This document shows positions 55,498 through 56,826 of a stretch of 56,826 bases of DNA, piece after piece. This stretch comes from Solirubrobacteraceae bacterium (lineage in GTDB: Bacteria > Actinomycetota > Thermoleophilia > Solirubrobacterales > Solirubrobacteraceae). Where the stretch lies: assembly GCA_035508995.1 (NCBI GenBank), contig DATJMB010000173.1, positions 1 to 56,826 of the forward strand, given 5' to 3'. A model generated the notes under the pieces. The model saw only the letters and a program-made list of their open reading frames with translations. It had not been told where the DNA came from and made no database searches. The translations under genes and the position numbers were made by a program. Each line of letters starts with the position of its first letter. Positions within the stretch are counted from its first letter, which is position 1.

Positions 55498-55977
55498 CTA
55501 GCCCACCGCTTCGATCGTCCCGTTCATGGTGGCGGGGAAGAGGGTGCACTCGTAGTGGATCGTGCCCGGCTTGGTGACCTTCAGCTCATAGGTGCCGTTT
55601 TCGCCGAAGTTGGTAGATGCGAACTTCTGCGGTCCGCCCTCGCTCGTGACGTTGCACTGCACGGAGTCGTAGTTGGTCCACTTGACCGTGCTGCCCACCT
55701 TCACGCGCACCGTGTCCGGGGCGATGGCGATGTTGCGGTAGGCGATCGGCACCACGCCGCTCTGGATCGGCGCCGAGGGCGAGGGGCTGGCGAATTTGGG
55801 CGTCGTGTCCGGTTGCAGACCCGCTTGGGTGGTGGTGTGGGCGGTCGCGGCGCTCGTGCCGGCGGTGGTGGTGGAGCCGGAGCTCGCCCCGCCCGAGCCA
55901 CAGCCGGCTAGCAGGGCGAGGGTGGCGACGGCGAGCGCCAGGGCGACGACGACTCGCCCCCGGGCGTCCGCGATCAC
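55498..55977 (-). CDS. Cupredoxin-fold lipoprotein with non-canonical metal ligands
   Basis: Lipobox LAGC; PDTVRVKVGSTVKWTNYD, PGTIHYECTLFPATMNGTI; GAGGAG RBS. Confidence 0.82.
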   Translation of the reverse strand: MIADARGRVVVALALAVATLALLAGCGSGGASSGSTTTAGTSAATAHTTTQAGLQPDTTPKFASPSPSAPIQSGVVPIAYRNIAIAPDTVRVKVGSTVKWTNYDSVQCNVTSEGGPQKFASTNFGENGTYELKVTKPGTIHYECTLFPATMNGTIEAVG

Positions 55978-56046
55978 GAAAGATGCTCCTCTCACGGGCA
56001 CCATCCTAGTGTCGCGCAGCGGCAACGACACTAGACTCACCAGCCC

Positions 56047-56826
56047 ATGGCAAGACACCTCTTGACGGGCGCCGAGCTGACCGCGGATGAGCTCGACGGG
56101 CTGCTCACGCGGGCGCTCGAGCTGAAGGCCGCGCCGCTGTCCTCGCGGGCGCTCGCCGGCCGCGGCGTGGCGCTGGTCTTCCAGAAGCCCTCCACCCGCA
56201 CGCGCGTCTCCTTCGAGGTCGGCGTCCACGAGCTCGGCGGCTGGCCGCTGGTGCTGCGCGCCGACGAGCTGCAGCTCTCGCGCGGGGAGCCGCTGCGGGA
56301 CACCGCCCAGGTGCTCTCCCGCCACGTGGCCGCGATCGGCGTGCGCACGGGCCCCGACGAGATGCTCGCCGAGCTCGCCCGCCACAGCGAGGTGCCGGTC
56401 GTGAACATGCTCACCGCCCTTCACCATCCCTGCCAGGCCCTCGCCGACCTGCTCACCCTGCGCGAGGCCTACGGCGCGCTCCCGGGCCTGAAGGTGGCAT
56501 ACGTCGGCGACGGCAACAACATGGCCCGCTCGCTGGCCCTGCTCGGCACCCTCGCGGGGGTGGACGTCGCGGTGGCCTCGCCCCCCGGCTACACCCTCGA
56601 CGCCCACGAGTCGCTGCTGGCCCTCGAGAGCCCGCCCACCCAGATACGGGGAAAGCTCACCTTGCACAACGATCCTCGCGAGGCTGTGGCGGGCGCCCAG
56701 GCGGTGTACACGGACGTGTGGGTGAGCATGGGCGACGAGGACACCGCCGCCGAGCGCCGCGCGGCGCTCGCGCCCTACCGGATCGACGACGCCCTGCTGG
56801 ACCTCGCCGCGCCCGGAGCCTTCGCG
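56047..56826 (+). CDS. argF: Ornithine carbamoyltransferase (partial)
   Basis: Absent from ORF track. MARHLLT...FQKPSTRTRVSFE, HPCQALAD, YVGDGNN, YTDVWVSMG; runs off the window end. Confidence 0.93.
   Translation, partial: MARHLLTGAELTADELDGLLTRALELKAAPLSSRALAGRGVALVFQKPSTRTRVSFEVGVHELGGWPLVLRADELQLSRGEPLRDTAQVLSRHVAAIGVRTGPDEMLAELARHSEVPVVNMLTALHHPCQALADLLTLREAYGALPGLKVAYVGDGNNMARSLALLGTLAGVDVAVASPPGYTLDAHESLLALESPPTQIRGKLTLHNDPREAVAGAQAVYTDVWVSMGDEDTAAERRAALAPYRIDDALLDLAAPGAFA

Overview
High-GC actinobacterial DNA. The gene content and secreted-protein motifs look Thermoleophilia/Solirubrobacterales-like (inference). From left to right the window holds: (1-4065) secreted/lipoproteins and a class-A-beta-lactamase-like serine hydrolase; (4116-8082) marR-yceI-FMN reductase and a FUSC protein; (8460-23303) a convergent ~15 kb surface-glycan locus with GT2 x5, GT4, deacetylase, flippase, two left-handed beta-helix (LbH) acyltransferases, a GT-C-like membrane protein, GH16 and a methyltransferase; (23412-23507) a tRNA with a TTC (Glu) anticodon on a non-Glu-like body and a 23-nt cUUCGg hairpin inserted in the D-loop; (23577-~30620) a decaying accessory region with SDR/TetR, gene remnants, and a translationally coupled papain-like peptidase plus nucleoside-phosphorylase-fold pair; a fluoride riboswitch-crcB-crcB-triple DUF190 operon; tkt-tal; acyl-CoA dehydrogenase pair; dac; lipAB; pdhABC-lpdA; thiE/thiOSG; a cupredoxin with altered ligands; and partial argF. 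An intergenic CG-alternating palindromic repeat occurs four times. No integrase, transposase, rRNA or CRISPR array was seen. All calls come from reading motifs by eye; no searches were run, and many start codons are refined from RBS or stop/start overlaps.
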